The translations under genes and the position numbers were made by a program. Shown piece by piece: positions 36,013-44,750 of a DNA stretch of 59,804 nt (within the stretch, counting starts at the first letter, position 1; each line of letters opens with the position of its first letter). The DNA lies in IMG/VR virus record IMGVR_UViG_3300046707_000232, positions 1-59,804 of that record; one strand, written 5' to 3'. This DNA is from a virus. Lineage: Duplodnaviria > Caudoviricetes. The notes under the pieces are model-generated. The model ran no database searches. It saw only the letters and a program-made list of their open reading frames with translations, and was not told the origin of the DNA.

Positions 36013-36293
36013 CGGCCCAGAGCCTCCGCCGCTTGCCGCCAGGCTCTCGCGATGCGGGCGCACTCCTCGGCGGTCTGGCCGAAGCCCTCGGGCTCGAGCA
36101 GGCGCGGCATGGCGTCTTCGATCTCCTTGACGATCGCGGCGCGCACGCCGGCGTCCTCACGGATAAGGCCCGCGTGCGCCGCGATCTGAGACGCGACCGT
36201 CTCGGACGCGCTGGTGAGCGTGCGAAGAATCGCGTACCGGGTCGCCGCGACGAACACGAAAGGATCGACGCGTGGGTCGCCCATCAGATCCAT
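36009..36293 (-). CDS. Hypothetical protein
   Basis: Coupled ORF. Confidence 0.45.
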   Translation of the reverse strand: MDLMGDPRVDPFVFVAATRYAILRTLTSASETVASQIAAHAGLIREDAGVRAAIVKEIEDAMPRLLEPEGFGQTAEECARIARAWRQAAEALGR

Positions 36294-36817
36294 CCGAAGT
36301 AGGCCGCGGTGTGCAGAAGGAGGCGCTTGATCTCGTCGCCGAAGCCGAACCGTTCGGCGTTGTGCTCGATCGAGCGCCGCAGATCGCCGTCCGCGTGACG
36401 CAGCGTGGCGGCTTTCCAGTCGGCGAGCATCTCCAACATCTGGACGAGGTTCATCCCGTGGATGCCCTCCGCCTGGATCAGCATCTTGCCCTGCTGCCAC
36501 GCGCTGTCCGGGTAGCCGGCCGAATAGATCGCGACCGGGTCACCGGGGATGAAGTGCTCCGGGTGGTGATCGCTGACGCGGTAATGGTGCTTGAGGCCCT
36601 CGCCCATGGCCGCGAGGCACGCGTTGTACTCGTCGCTGCCGTACGTCAGGTCCTTGAGCAAGGGCGTGAACTCGTCGAATACCGAGACTTCCGGCTCGAC
36701 GAGCTTGGACGCGTCGTGCATCAGCGCGCGGCGCTGCAGGTCATCGAGGACCTGCAGCAGCTGGTGGCGGACCTCGCCGATGTGCTCGAGCGTCGCGGCC
36801 CGCGAGTCGTAGGTCAT
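36284..36817 (-). CDS. DUF5662-like (HD-related) protein
   Basis: H...V...HDASK...E...HHY....HHPEH...EMLADW. Confidence 0.75.
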   Translation of the reverse strand: MTYDSRAATLEHIGEVRHQLLQVLDDLQRRALMHDASKLVEPEVSVFDEFTPLLKDLTYGSDEYNACLAAMGEGLKHHYRVSDHHPEHFIPGDPVAIYSAGYPDSAWQQGKMLIQAEGIHGMNLVQMLEMLADWKAATLRHADGDLRRSIEHNAERFGFGDEIKRLLLHTAAYFGWI

Positions 36818-37515
36818 CGCGGTGCCGCCCATCCGCGGTGCGTCACGAACGGCTGGATCTCCGTGGAGGCGGCGTTGGCGCACGTGAGCTCGGCGCGGAT
36901 CGCTGCGAAGGCGTCCGCGTCGGTGAAGCGGTCGATGAACGTCGCGATCACACGTAGGCCGGCGCGCGCGGCACGGAACACCGCCTGCAGCTGCCGGGTG
37001 TGCGTGATCGTCGCTTGGCCCGCGGGCATGCCGGTGAGGTGGGCGAGCCGCTCGGGAGACGTGGCTTTGACGCCGACGACCAGCAGAAACCGGTCGATCC
37101 GGTCGGCCAGGATGTCCTTGAGCGCGGCGATCCTGTCGGCCGTGAGGTCCGCGCCGTGCGTCTCGAGAACGAACGACGTGGCGGTGACGGTCCGCCGGCT
37201 GAGGATGGCGTCGATGACGGCGAGAACGTGGTCCCAGTGAGTTGTGGGCTCGCCGCCCGTGATCCTGCAGGCCGTCAGGCCGAGGCTGCGCATCCCGAGC
37301 TCAAGCCGTTCGGCGACGGCGAGAGGATTGAGAAGGCGGCGCGGCTCGATCCCGTCCCATCCTCCGCGCGCCCAGCAGTGCTCGCAGCCGTGCCGGTCCG
37401 CGACCCACCCGCAGCCCATGATCAGCGCCGTGTAGGTGCCGCCTGGGAAGAGGTCGCTCATCTGCGGGGTCCGCGAGAATCGCCAGTAGGGCGCGGTGAT
37501 GTCAGGTGCGGCCAC
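36814..37515 (-). CDS. Radical SAM-like protein
   Basis: GC-x8-CEHCW, ITGGEP, LETHG. Confidence 0.7.
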   Translation of the reverse strand: MAAPDITAPYWRFSRTPQMSDLFPGGTYTALIMGCGWVADRHGCEHCWARGGWDGIEPRRLLNPLAVAERLELGMRSLGLTACRITGGEPTTHWDHVLAVIDAILSRRTVTATSFVLETHGADLTADRIAALKDILADRIDRFLLVVGVKATSPERLAHLTGMPAGQATITHTRQLQAVFRAARAGLRVIATFIDRFTDADAFAAIRAELTCANAASTEIQPFVTHRGWAAPR

Positions 37516-37768
37516 CGGCGTCCTCGGCCGGCCGTCTGAGCTGCTCGAGTAGCTCACGGACCCTGTCGGGGTCGGCGCGCAGTCCCTCGGCGAGCTCGCG
37601 CATGACCGAGGAGATCGACACGCGCTTCTCGCCGGGAGCGCGTGTCTCGTGGCGCTCGAGCGCGTGCCGGGTGAGCCACTTGCGCAGCTCCTGCGGCATC
37701 TGCACGTTCATCTGCACCATCTCTTCGTCCGCGCCGCGTTCGACGCGCCGTCGGTCCGTTACCGCCAT
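37502..37768 (-). CDS. Ribbon-helix-helix DNA-binding protein
   Basis: QMNVQMPQELRKWL...SISSVMREL. Confidence 0.6.
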   Translation of the reverse strand: MAVTDRRRVERGADEEMVQMNVQMPQELRKWLTRHALERHETRAPGEKRVSISSVMRELAEGLRADPDRVRELLEQLRRPAEDAGGRT

Positions 37769-37776
37769 TGGTCCCC

Positions 37777-38052
37777 CTAGCTCGGTTCGTGGCCCGGATC
37801 CGGGCGTTCGTCGCTGTCCCCCGCCTCGGCGCGCTCGGCCTGTCCGTAGACCGCCTCGATCTCTTCCTCTGAAGCGCCAGCCAGCAGCGCGGCCTGCGCG
37901 GAGGCGTCCTCGAGCGCCCACAGCAGCTGCAACGTCTCGTAGTAGTTCCGAAGCGCCACGATCTTGCGATCGGTCTGCGTCATCGCTTCGATTGGGACGG
38001 CGAGGCCAGCGCCGGCGGCGTCGACCTCACCATCTGCGTCCCGAGGACTCAT
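37777..38052 (-). CDS. Hypothetical protein
   Basis: Preceded by the TAGGGTTGTAGG motif. Confidence 0.5.
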   Translation of the reverse strand: MSPRDADGEVDAAGAGLAVPIEAMTQTDRKIVALRNYYETLQLLWALEDASAQAALLAGASEEEIEAVYGQAERAEAGDSDERPDPGHEPS

Positions 38053-38072
38053 ACTCCTACAACCCTACAAGC
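38053..38072 (-). promoter_or_regulatory. CCTA-repeat promoter/operator copy
   Basis: ctcctacaaccctacaagc on the plus strand. Confidence 0.7.
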
Positions 38073-38085
38073 TGCAGGTGACCAT

Positions 38086-38292
38086 CTACCCCGTTCGAGG
38101 CCGCGCGTGGGCACGAGCCTCGGGGATTCCGAGAGCGAACCGGGCGGCTTCGTTCTGAGAGCCGAAATGCCGTGTGCGGGCACAGGTGCCGGATCGGACC
38201 CGGATCGCCCATCGCTGATCCGGGTCCGAGCGATCGATGAAGGGAAGGCTCACGGCACGCTCTTCGCGTGCCGCTCGCTCGGCGCTGGTCAT
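38086..38292 (-). CDS. Hypothetical protein
   Basis: ATGA overlap with the mIHF-like gene. Confidence 0.35.
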   Translation of the reverse strand: MTSAERAAREERAVSLPFIDRSDPDQRWAIRVRSGTCARTRHFGSQNEAARFALGIPEARAHARPRTG

Positions 38293-38627
38293 GCGATGAG
38301 CCCGAATCCTGGCTCGTGATCCCCGCTCAGCCGCCGCGCAATCTCGTTGCGCTGGCGATCGGTCATCGAGCCGATGGTCTTGGTCTCCACCATCGGGATC
38401 GAAGCGAGGAACCGGCGGCAGCGTGTACGCCCCCAGCGGTGCTGGCTCATCAGCAGGTCCGCGATCGACATGCTCTCCGCCTCCCAAGGCCGCTCGAGCA
38501 CGACCTCGGCCACGCTCGCCTCACCCTCTGACACCTGACGCTTGAGCTCCGCACGCGCAAGCCGCACGCGGTTGGCCTGCGCGAGCGCCCGCATATGCTG
38601 CGGCCCCGGCACCGGGACCTCGATCAT
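38289..38627 (-). CDS. Actinobacterial integration host factor (mIHF/sIHF)-like nucleoid protein
   Basis: AL..AN.VR..RAELK..V..G....V......M.I..LL.....G......L..I.....K.IG....RQR pattern. Confidence 0.75.
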   Translation of the reverse strand: MIEVPVPGPQHMRALAQANRVRLARAELKRQVSEGEASVAEVVLERPWEAESMSIADLLMSQHRWGRTRCRRFLASIPMVETKTIGSMTDRQRNEIARRLSGDHEPGFGLIA

Positions 38628-39253
38628 GCCGATCCCGCCATCGCGAACGCCCGTTGCACGCGTGCCGCCTCCGTGATCTCCCCGCACCAGAGGCACGCGC
38701 CCTTTTCGTCGGTGGGCACGTCCTCGACGCACAGAGAGCAGTGGCTGCGCCGCGCGTCGGGCTCGTCCTCGACATACTCGGCGCGTTGGACGAGCAGCAG
38801 CCGCTGACGCAACTCGCAGTGCACGTGCCCCTGCGGTGTGTAAGTAGCCGCGAGAGTGGCGTCGATGTAGGCCAGCACGTCTCCCGGCCGCCCGTGGCGA
38901 CGAGGGACGGGGGCGGCGCGTTGCGTGCAGACCGCGTCGTCGGTACGGGACGCGACGAGCTCCCACATCCGCACTCCGGCGCATGCGAGGGCGTCCTCGA
39001 CATCGGTTCGCGCGACGAAGTCGCCGCGGACGCGGAGCTTGCCCTTCTCTCGCACCCACCATGACTGCCACCGGATGAGGCGCCGCTGGCCGGCGTCGTC
39101 ATCCCAGCCGATCCCCGTGAGCGCTCGGGCCCGGGCGTCTTCGTCGCCGCGGCGCTCGTAGGCGAGAACGCGGTCGGCAAACCACGTGAGGAACGGCTTG
39201 GTCGGCACCGGGTCGGCGATCCGCTGCCGTCGCCGCCTGTCACGGAGGCTCAT
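38624..39253 (-). CDS. Hypothetical protein with C-terminal zinc ribbon
   Basis: CSLC...CLWC. Confidence 0.5.
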   Translation of the reverse strand: MSLRDRRRRQRIADPVPTKPFLTWFADRVLAYERRGDEDARARALTGIGWDDDAGQRRLIRWQSWWVREKGKLRVRGDFVARTDVEDALACAGVRMWELVASRTDDAVCTQRAAPVPRRHGRPGDVLAYIDATLAATYTPQGHVHCELRQRLLLVQRAEYVEDEPDARRSHCSLCVEDVPTDEKGACLWCGEITEAARVQRAFAMAGSA

Positions 39254-39621
39254 GACCTGCTGACCTGCAACTCGCGTGGCGAGATCGTCTCGCACCCGAG
39301 CCATGCGGCGACGATGCTCGAGCAATCCGGCCGCAGTGAAAGCAGGCGCTGGCCGTAGTCCCAGGACCCGACTGCGGCGAATCCGCCGCGGTCGACAAGC
39401 GAGCGCCTGATCGGCTCGTGGAGGTGCTGCTCGGCGGCGATCGCGACGCGATCCGCGAACGTGGACGCCGGCCCGTCGACGAGATCGCTGCTCGCGACCT
39501 CGTCGATCACGAGCCGCAGGTCCTCGGAGGGATCGGTGGCCGGGCCGACGATCCCGGCTCCCTGCTCGATTTCGTGTTGCATCCGCGAGCCGCTCATCGG
39601 CACGTAGACCGTGATGTTCAT
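39250..39621 (-). CDS. Hypothetical protein
   Basis: GAAAGGGGACA RBS. Confidence 0.55.
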   Translation of the reverse strand: MNITVYVPMSGSRMQHEIEQGAGIVGPATDPSEDLRLVIDEVASSDLVDGPASTFADRVAIAAEQHLHEPIRRSLVDRGGFAAVGSWDYGQRLLSLRPDCSSIVAAWLGCETISPRELQVSRS

Positions 39622-39777
39622 TTGGTTTGTCCCCTTTCCCGACCGGGCCGGTGGACTCCGTCCCGGGCTACTGCTGACCCACCTGACCGCGTCGCTCCAA
39701 GTTGCCCGGAGCTATGGCTAGTAGCTCCAGCACAAGAGATCTCGCCCCCGGCGGAGGTCTGATCACAGACCCCTTCC

Positions 39778-40401
39778 TCATCCGCGTTTCAGCTCCCACC
39801 TGGCGTTCTCCGCAGCCGTCTTGAACAGCAACGCGACGCTCTCGTCCGGCACGGTCGTCGTCGCCTCATGCGACTCCACGAGCGTGATCAGTTCGAGCGT
39901 GTGCGTCAGCGGCTCATCCAGGATCAGCATGCATCGCGCGCCGCGGCCCTCCGGGGTCTGCTCGGAGAACTCGATGCTGTCGTGCTTGAACCGGATCGCG
40001 CACGAGCGCACGGCGTCCGGCTGCTCGCGCTCCTCCTGCGTCTGCGGCTGGCGCTCCAGCAGCGACGTGAAGTCGAAGCTACGGTCGCCCGCGCTGAACC
40101 CGACCATGGCACAGTGGTGGCCTTCGCCGCGGAACTCGTCGTCGCGGACGCTCCAGCTGATCCCGTGCTCGGTGCGCGGCCGGTCACGAGCGTCCACGCG
40201 GCACCCGGCGCGCATGTCCGGGCGCTGCCAGCCGTTGTACTCCCACATCAGGACCATCGCGAACGTCCGGCCGGGGAGCATCCGCTCCAGCCGCCGCGCG
40301 ACATGCGGCGCGTTCTCCGCCGTCAGCCAGCCCGTCCAGTCGCGCTCGCCCGTGCTGGGCGCCGCCGCCGGGTGCAGACTGGGGAGCGTGTCCATGCTCA
40401 C
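39778..40401 (-). CDS. Hypothetical protein
   Basis: Coupled ORF. Confidence 0.5.
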   Translation of the reverse strand: MSMDTLPSLHPAAAPSTGERDWTGWLTAENAPHVARRLERMLPGRTFAMVLMWEYNGWQRPDMRAGCRVDARDRPRTEHGISWSVRDDEFRGEGHHCAMVGFSAGDRSFDFTSLLERQPQTQEEREQPDAVRSCAIRFKHDSIEFSEQTPEGRGARCMLILDEPLTHTLELITLVESHEATTTVPDESVALLFKTAAENARWELKRG

Positions 40402-40814
40402 GCGTGCATCGCCTTCTCTGCCCGGTCAAGCAGGCGTTCGATCTCGGGATCAACGATCGGGAGGAGCCCGTCCTCGGGATGCGGGAGCCCTGTCGGCAAC
40501 GCCATCGGCTCCATCTGGGAACCGGTGCCCACCAGCACGGCCGCGGATGCCCGGCAGGTGCGCAACTGCCCGAGCGCTGCGGTCAGGGTCGCGCCGGCCT
40601 GCCGGTGGTAGCGCCGCGCGATCCCGGCGCCCGAGTCCAGCTCGACGCCGGCGACCTCGAACCGGCCGACGACCCGCTCGAGCGTGCTGGCGTAGAGGTA
40701 GATCTCGTCGCCCACTCGAAGCGCGGCGGGCCGGCGGCGGCGGATCACTGCGGTGACGGCGCCGCCGAGGATCGCGACCGTCGCGGCTTCGTCGACCGCC
40801 ATCAGCCAGCGCAT
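40398..40814 (-). CDS. ASCH/PUA-like domain protein
   Basis: AIL.G.....RRR......GD.IYLYAS....VVG.F.V. Confidence 0.6.
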   Translation of the reverse strand: MRWLMAVDEAATVAILGGAVTAVIRRRRPAALRVGDEIYLYASTLERVVGRFEVAGVELDSGAGIARRYHRQAGATLTAALGQLRTCRASAAVLVGTGSQMEPMALPTGLPHPEDGLLPIVDPEIERLLDRAEKAMHA

Positions 40815-41218
40815 GATGCGCCTTCGATCTGCTCGATGATGGCGTCGAGCTGGGTGATCGCTGATGCCGGGTTGTCCTCGATCGCAGAGCGCACGTCGCG
40901 GAGCCGCCCGAGGATCGAAGCGTCGACGCTTCCGCCGCCCAACACCTCCATGTCGCTGCCGATGGCAGTCGCTTTGTAGAAATGCTGCAGCGCGCCGCGG
41001 CGCGGCTCGGTGCGCACGAGCTCGACACAGTCGTAGTCGCGCAGCATCCGCACGTGGTAGCTGGCCACGCCCAGCGGCACCTCGAGCTCAGCGGCGAGAT
41101 CGCCGGGGCTTCGCACGTCGTCCTTGAGCGCGCTCAGGATCCGGACCCTGAGCGGGTGAGCGAGCGCCTTCAGCGCCCGTTGACGATTCTCGGCTGCCGA
41201 GGCGTTCACGCCAGCCAC
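40802..41218 (-). CDS. ArsR-type winged-helix regulator (candidate repressor)
   Basis: ALAHPLRVRIL...SP..LA.EL......SYHVR.L......L......RGA.QHFY. Confidence 0.85.
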   Translation of the reverse strand: MAGVNASAAENRQRALKALAHPLRVRILSALKDDVRSPGDLAAELEVPLGVASYHVRMLRDYDCVELVRTEPRRGALQHFYKATAIGSDMEVLGGGSVDASILGRLRDVRSAIEDNPASAITQLDAIIEQIEGASCAG

Positions 41219-41291
41219 CCATCTCTCGATCGATCGAGCACGTCTTGTCCCCTTTCAACTCACCGCCCACGTCAGGACGGCGAGAATTGAC

Positions 41292-41312
41292 CCTACATTC
41301 CTACGGACCTAC
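41292..41312. promoter_or_regulatory. Three CCTAC boxes at 8-bp spacing upstream of the ArsR-type gene
   Basis: CCTA at 41292, 41300, 41308. Confidence 0.6.
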
Positions 41313-41371
41313 CGACCAGTGACGCGAACCTAAGCGCCACCGCCCACTAGAGCAGCACGTTCCCTGATCGC

Positions 41372-41653
41372 TCAGCAACTCGGCCTCAGCACAGGTTCGC
41401 GTGCAGACCTCACACGACGATCTTCACGCAGACGCGGTTCGGAGCGACAGGCGGCGACCGATCCGTTCAGGAGCCGGTCGCAACCGGCGACGACGGACAC
41501 GATCGCGCACAGCAGCACGCCAAAATCCAGCCAGCCAGGGACTCGAGGCACATCAGCGACCACCACACAGGCGATCGCCGCTGCGCCACCGAGCACGACC
41601 ATGGCCGGCCGGAGCGCGGCGAGCAGCCGCTGGCTATTCGGAGTAGGCGCCAT
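41372..41653 (-). CDS. Small two-TM membrane protein
   Basis: Two hydrophobic helices; AAGGA RBS. Confidence 0.5.
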   Translation of the reverse strand: MAPTPNSQRLLAALRPAMVVLGGAAAIACVVVADVPRVPGWLDFGVLLCAIVSVVAGCDRLLNGSVAACRSEPRLREDRRVRSAREPVLRPSC

Positions 41654-41693
41654 GCTGTTCCTTCGTCCGGTGAAACCCTCACCGCGCACTATA

Positions 41694-41720
41694 CCTATTT
41701 CCTATAACCCTACAACCCTA
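41694..41720. promoter_or_regulatory. Four CCTA boxes (spacing 7, 8, 8)
   Basis: cctattt cctataac cctacaac ccta. Confidence 0.7.
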
Positions 41721-41752
41721 GCTGCATGACTGGCGCGTCCGCGTCCGGACAG

Positions 41753-42241
41753 TCAGGTACTAGTTACGGGGTCGATCCACCAGCGGAGGATCACCCGCGT
41801 CTGCTGCACCGGGCCTTTGAGGAAACGGACGCCGGCGAAACGGAAGTGCGCAGGGTCGTCGTCCGGGATGAAACGCCCGTCCGGCCAGTAAGGCACGAAC
41901 TTAGGCTTCCGGGTCTTCTCGTGGAGGACGAGCTTCCCGTTCTGCACGAGCGGCGTCTTGTGCCGGCTGCCGGTGAGCGCGTCACCGAAGGCCTTGGAGA
42001 CCGGGGTCTCGAAGTTCACGCCGTCACGGCGCGCGTTGCGGAGGAACGTAAGCTCGGCGCGCGCCTTGACCCGCGTCGCGCGGGGCATCCCTGCCGCGAC
42101 GAGCTGTTCCTCGAACGCCTCGATCCACCGCCTGGTGATCGGGCCGGACTTGTACCACGGCATGTACCGCGTCTTGTTGAACGACGGCGGCGTGTCGGCG
42201 ACGACGAGCTCGATGCGGCCCGTCGCCGCCTGCAGAGTCAT
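41753..42241 (-). CDS. RusA-like Holliday junction resolvase
   Basis: PPS.N, RRD..N...K...DAL, IPDDD. Confidence 0.7.
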   Translation of the reverse strand: MTLQAATGRIELVVADTPPSFNKTRYMPWYKSGPITRRWIEAFEEQLVAAGMPRATRVKARAELTFLRNARRDGVNFETPVSKAFGDALTGSRHKTPLVQNGKLVLHEKTRKPKFVPYWPDGRFIPDDDPAHFRFAGVRFLKGPVQQTRVILRWWIDPVTST

Positions 42242-42474
42242 GTTCGGAGAGGGATCCCGAGGACCTCCAACGCGGCGCGCGCCTGGGCGGCGAGTTGCCG
42301 AGCGGCCTTGGCATCTATGGCGATCCCTCCGGCAGTATGGACGATGTGCGCCTCAGGGACCGCCCCGCCCCGGATCCCGGCCCAGGCGCTCGCCGGGCCG
42401 GACTGATAGATCGGGACTCGCACCTTCGTCCCCAGCACGATCACTTCCGCGGAGAGGTTGGAGAGATCGTTCAT
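42238..42474 (-). CDS. Hypothetical protein
   Basis: ATGA overlaps. Confidence 0.4.
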   Translation of the reverse strand: MNDLSNLSAEVIVLGTKVRVPIYQSGPASAWAGIRGGAVPEAHIVHTAGGIAIDAKAARQLAAQARAALEVLGIPLRT

Positions 42475-42647
42475 CCCCGAAGCACCTCGCCCTCGCTGCC
42501 TGACGTAGCGCCCTCTTCGTTGCTCGCCGGCGTCGAGCAGTTGTGGTCGCGGCGCCACTCCTCGAGCGCTCGGCGGACTTCGCCTGGCGACGTCGCTGAT
42601 GACGCGGTGAACGTTGCTCCGCACCGGCATGACTCGGAGACGTTCAC
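42471..42647 (-). CDS. Small CxC...HxC protein (58 aa, not in the ORF track)
   Basis: Own translation; GTGA and ATGA overlaps on both sides. Confidence 0.5.
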   Translation of the reverse strand: MNVSESCRCGATFTASSATSPGEVRRALEEWRRDHNCSTPASNEEGATSGSEGEVLRG

Positions 42648-44335
42648 CAGGTGTCCACTTCGTCCGCCACGTACTCGGGCACCGGAGGCGGCTCGTCGAC
42701 GACTACGGCGTCGACGATGACGTCCTCGTCGACCGTACCGCGAGCCGCCTGGGTCGCCGCCCTGGATTCGCGTTGTTCATACGCTTCCGCGCTCTCCGGG
42801 TCGAGCCCGCCGGCGGCGATGATCTGCTGCCGCACCATCTCGGCCTCTTCGGAGTACGCCAGCAGCGCCTCGCTGCCCGGGTCGGCGTCGTCGATGCGCT
42901 GCTGGAGGCCTTCCCAGCGGCGAGTTAGCGACTCCGCGTCCTGCCGCGGTTCGACGCGCTTCGGGGGACCGTCGTCGGTGAAGCTGCTCGTCTCGACGGC
43001 TGTTCCGAGCGCGTCAGCGGTTTGCTGGTCGACGTCTACTCGCTTGCCTGCGGGTCCCATGGTCACGGTCACGTCGTGGCCCGCATCGCGGAGGTCAGCC
43101 TGCACGCGCTCTGCGGCCACGTCGTAGAAGCCGTCCGCGTCCTCCGGGTCGCGTCCATCGAACGACACGTCGACGACGCCGTCGGTCGCTGTCGTGGCCG
43201 GCCGCGGCGGGTCCTCGGAGAGGTGATAGTGCGCGTACAGCCGGTCACGGAGGTCGGTGAGGAAGTCGACGTCGCTCTCGTAGGCGTTGGTGTCGCGGAG
43301 CTTCTCGATGATGTGGACCGCGTGGTCGATGATCCGGCGGGTGAGGGCCTCGCGGGTGTCAAGCGAGCGGAGCTCTTCGAGTGCCTTGCCGGGCGCGATG
43401 TGCGGGTTCTCCCACATGAGCGTCTCGAGCGGAGTGGTGTCGTGCTCGCGGGTCTCGCCACCGGTCTTGACGGGACCGATGGCGCACCAGAGGAGCAGGA
43501 GGATCTGCTCCCCTGGCTGGAAGTCCTGCTTGACCGGGAGCGGCTTGGGCTTGGCGATGACCAGCGAGGCCTTGCTCGGGCGGGGGCCGAGGACCGTGTT
43601 GCTGATCGTCGGTTCGTCGCCGGTGTCGAAGGCGAGGCGGCCGCGTCCCTCGTCGACGGGGTCCTTGCCGTGCTCGGGCTTCTCCGGCTCGTCGAGCGCG
43701 TCCGTGACGATCTTCTCGACGACGTCGCCGAGCATCTCGGCCGCCTGGGCGACGGTGATCTCGTCGTCGGCGCCCTCGCGAGCATCCGACGGCGGCGCGA
43801 CGAGGGGGTCGGCGCCGTCGAAGGGTGGGATGACGTCGTCGCCGCCCGGCTCCCACGGCTGGACGGGCACGATCCAGGAATCGATGAATCCGTACTTGTC
43901 CTGCAGCTCGGTCATCGCCGTGTCTCGCGCGCCTGGAGCCGCCTTGATGAGCACGGCGTCGGCGTGCCTCACGAAATCGACGAGCTCGCGGACGTGCGCG
44001 AGCTGCTCCGGCCGCCAGGCCTCCAGCGCCGCGGTCGGAACGTTGGCGATCACGACACCGGCGGTGGTGCCGGGCAACGGCGTGATCTTGCCGCGGTCCT
44101 TCTGGAGGACCGCCACCTCTTCCTCAGGCTGTGGAAACACGATTCCCCGCGGGCCTGGTCCTTCGATCTCGGCCTGCACCTGGTCGTCCCCACGCTCAGC
44201 GAAGCGGACGATGCGCGAGACTTCACCGTCGTCGCTGTAGAGCTGGTCCCCCGGCTGGAGGTCTTTCGCGGCGACGCGCAGCGTCCGCGGCCGTCGGGTT
44301 CGTTCAGCGGTCGCCACGGTCGGCGCCCTCCTCAT
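42644..44335 (-). CDS. Acidic multidomain hypothetical protein
   Basis: 563-aa ORF with GC3-type codon usage. Confidence 0.65.
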   Translation of the reverse strand: MRRAPTVATAERTRRPRTLRVAAKDLQPGDQLYSDDGEVSRIVRFAERGDDQVQAEIEGPGPRGIVFPQPEEEVAVLQKDRGKITPLPGTTAGVVIANVPTAALEAWRPEQLAHVRELVDFVRHADAVLIKAAPGARDTAMTELQDKYGFIDSWIVPVQPWEPGGDDVIPPFDGADPLVAPPSDAREGADDEITVAQAAEMLGDVVEKIVTDALDEPEKPEHGKDPVDEGRGRLAFDTGDEPTISNTVLGPRPSKASLVIAKPKPLPVKQDFQPGEQILLLLWCAIGPVKTGGETREHDTTPLETLMWENPHIAPGKALEELRSLDTREALTRRIIDHAVHIIEKLRDTNAYESDVDFLTDLRDRLYAHYHLSEDPPRPATTATDGVVDVSFDGRDPEDADGFYDVAAERVQADLRDAGHDVTVTMGPAGKRVDVDQQTADALGTAVETSSFTDDGPPKRVEPRQDAESLTRRWEGLQQRIDDADPGSEALLAYSEEAEMVRQQIIAAGGLDPESAEAYEQRESRAATQAARGTVDEDVIVDAVVVDEPPPVPEYVADEVDTW

Positions 44336-44750
44336 CGTTCGAGTCCTTGGCCGTCACCCGAACGATCGGGAACCGGCCCTTGATCTTGCTGTGCAGCGTC
44401 TTGCCGACGGACGCGCCTTCGCGCAGGTCGGCGTCGACGAGCGCTTTGAAGTCGTCTTCCGGGACCGCCGCGTAGCGGTAGAGCCCGCCGTTGGCGAACT
44501 CCACGAAGAGGTCGTTCGGCTCGACGACCGGGACATCAACGCCTCGCTCGGAGGGATGGGCAACGACCGTGCAGACCGTGGTGTCACCGGCCCGCATGTT
44601 CGAGTCGCCCTCGCCCACCTGCGCGCCGCATCCGCTGCAGATGAACACGCCGCTGGCGACGTGCGCGATCCTCGAGACATTGCTCGACGAGACCGACCTC
44701 CACGGCAACCCGGCGATCTCGGCCGCCGGCATCTTCACGACCTCGGTCAT
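44304..44750 (-). CDS. KTSC domain protein with inserted CxxC segment
   Basis: VSSSNV..I.H...L.VEF.NG..Y.Y..VP......L.....SVG......IK. Confidence 0.75.
   Translation of the reverse strand: MTEVVKMPAAEIAGLPWRSVSSSNVSRIAHVASGVFICSGCGAQVGEGDSNMRAGDTTVCTVVAHPSERGVDVPVVEPNDLFVEFANGGLYRYAAVPEDDFKALVDADLREGASVGKTLHSKIKGRFPIVRVTAKDSNDEEGADRGDR

Noticed and set aside
44200-44280. Intein block-B-like AKDLQPGD in 42644-44335
   Set aside because: No other intein blocks or terminal HN; more likely an SH3/KOW-like strand
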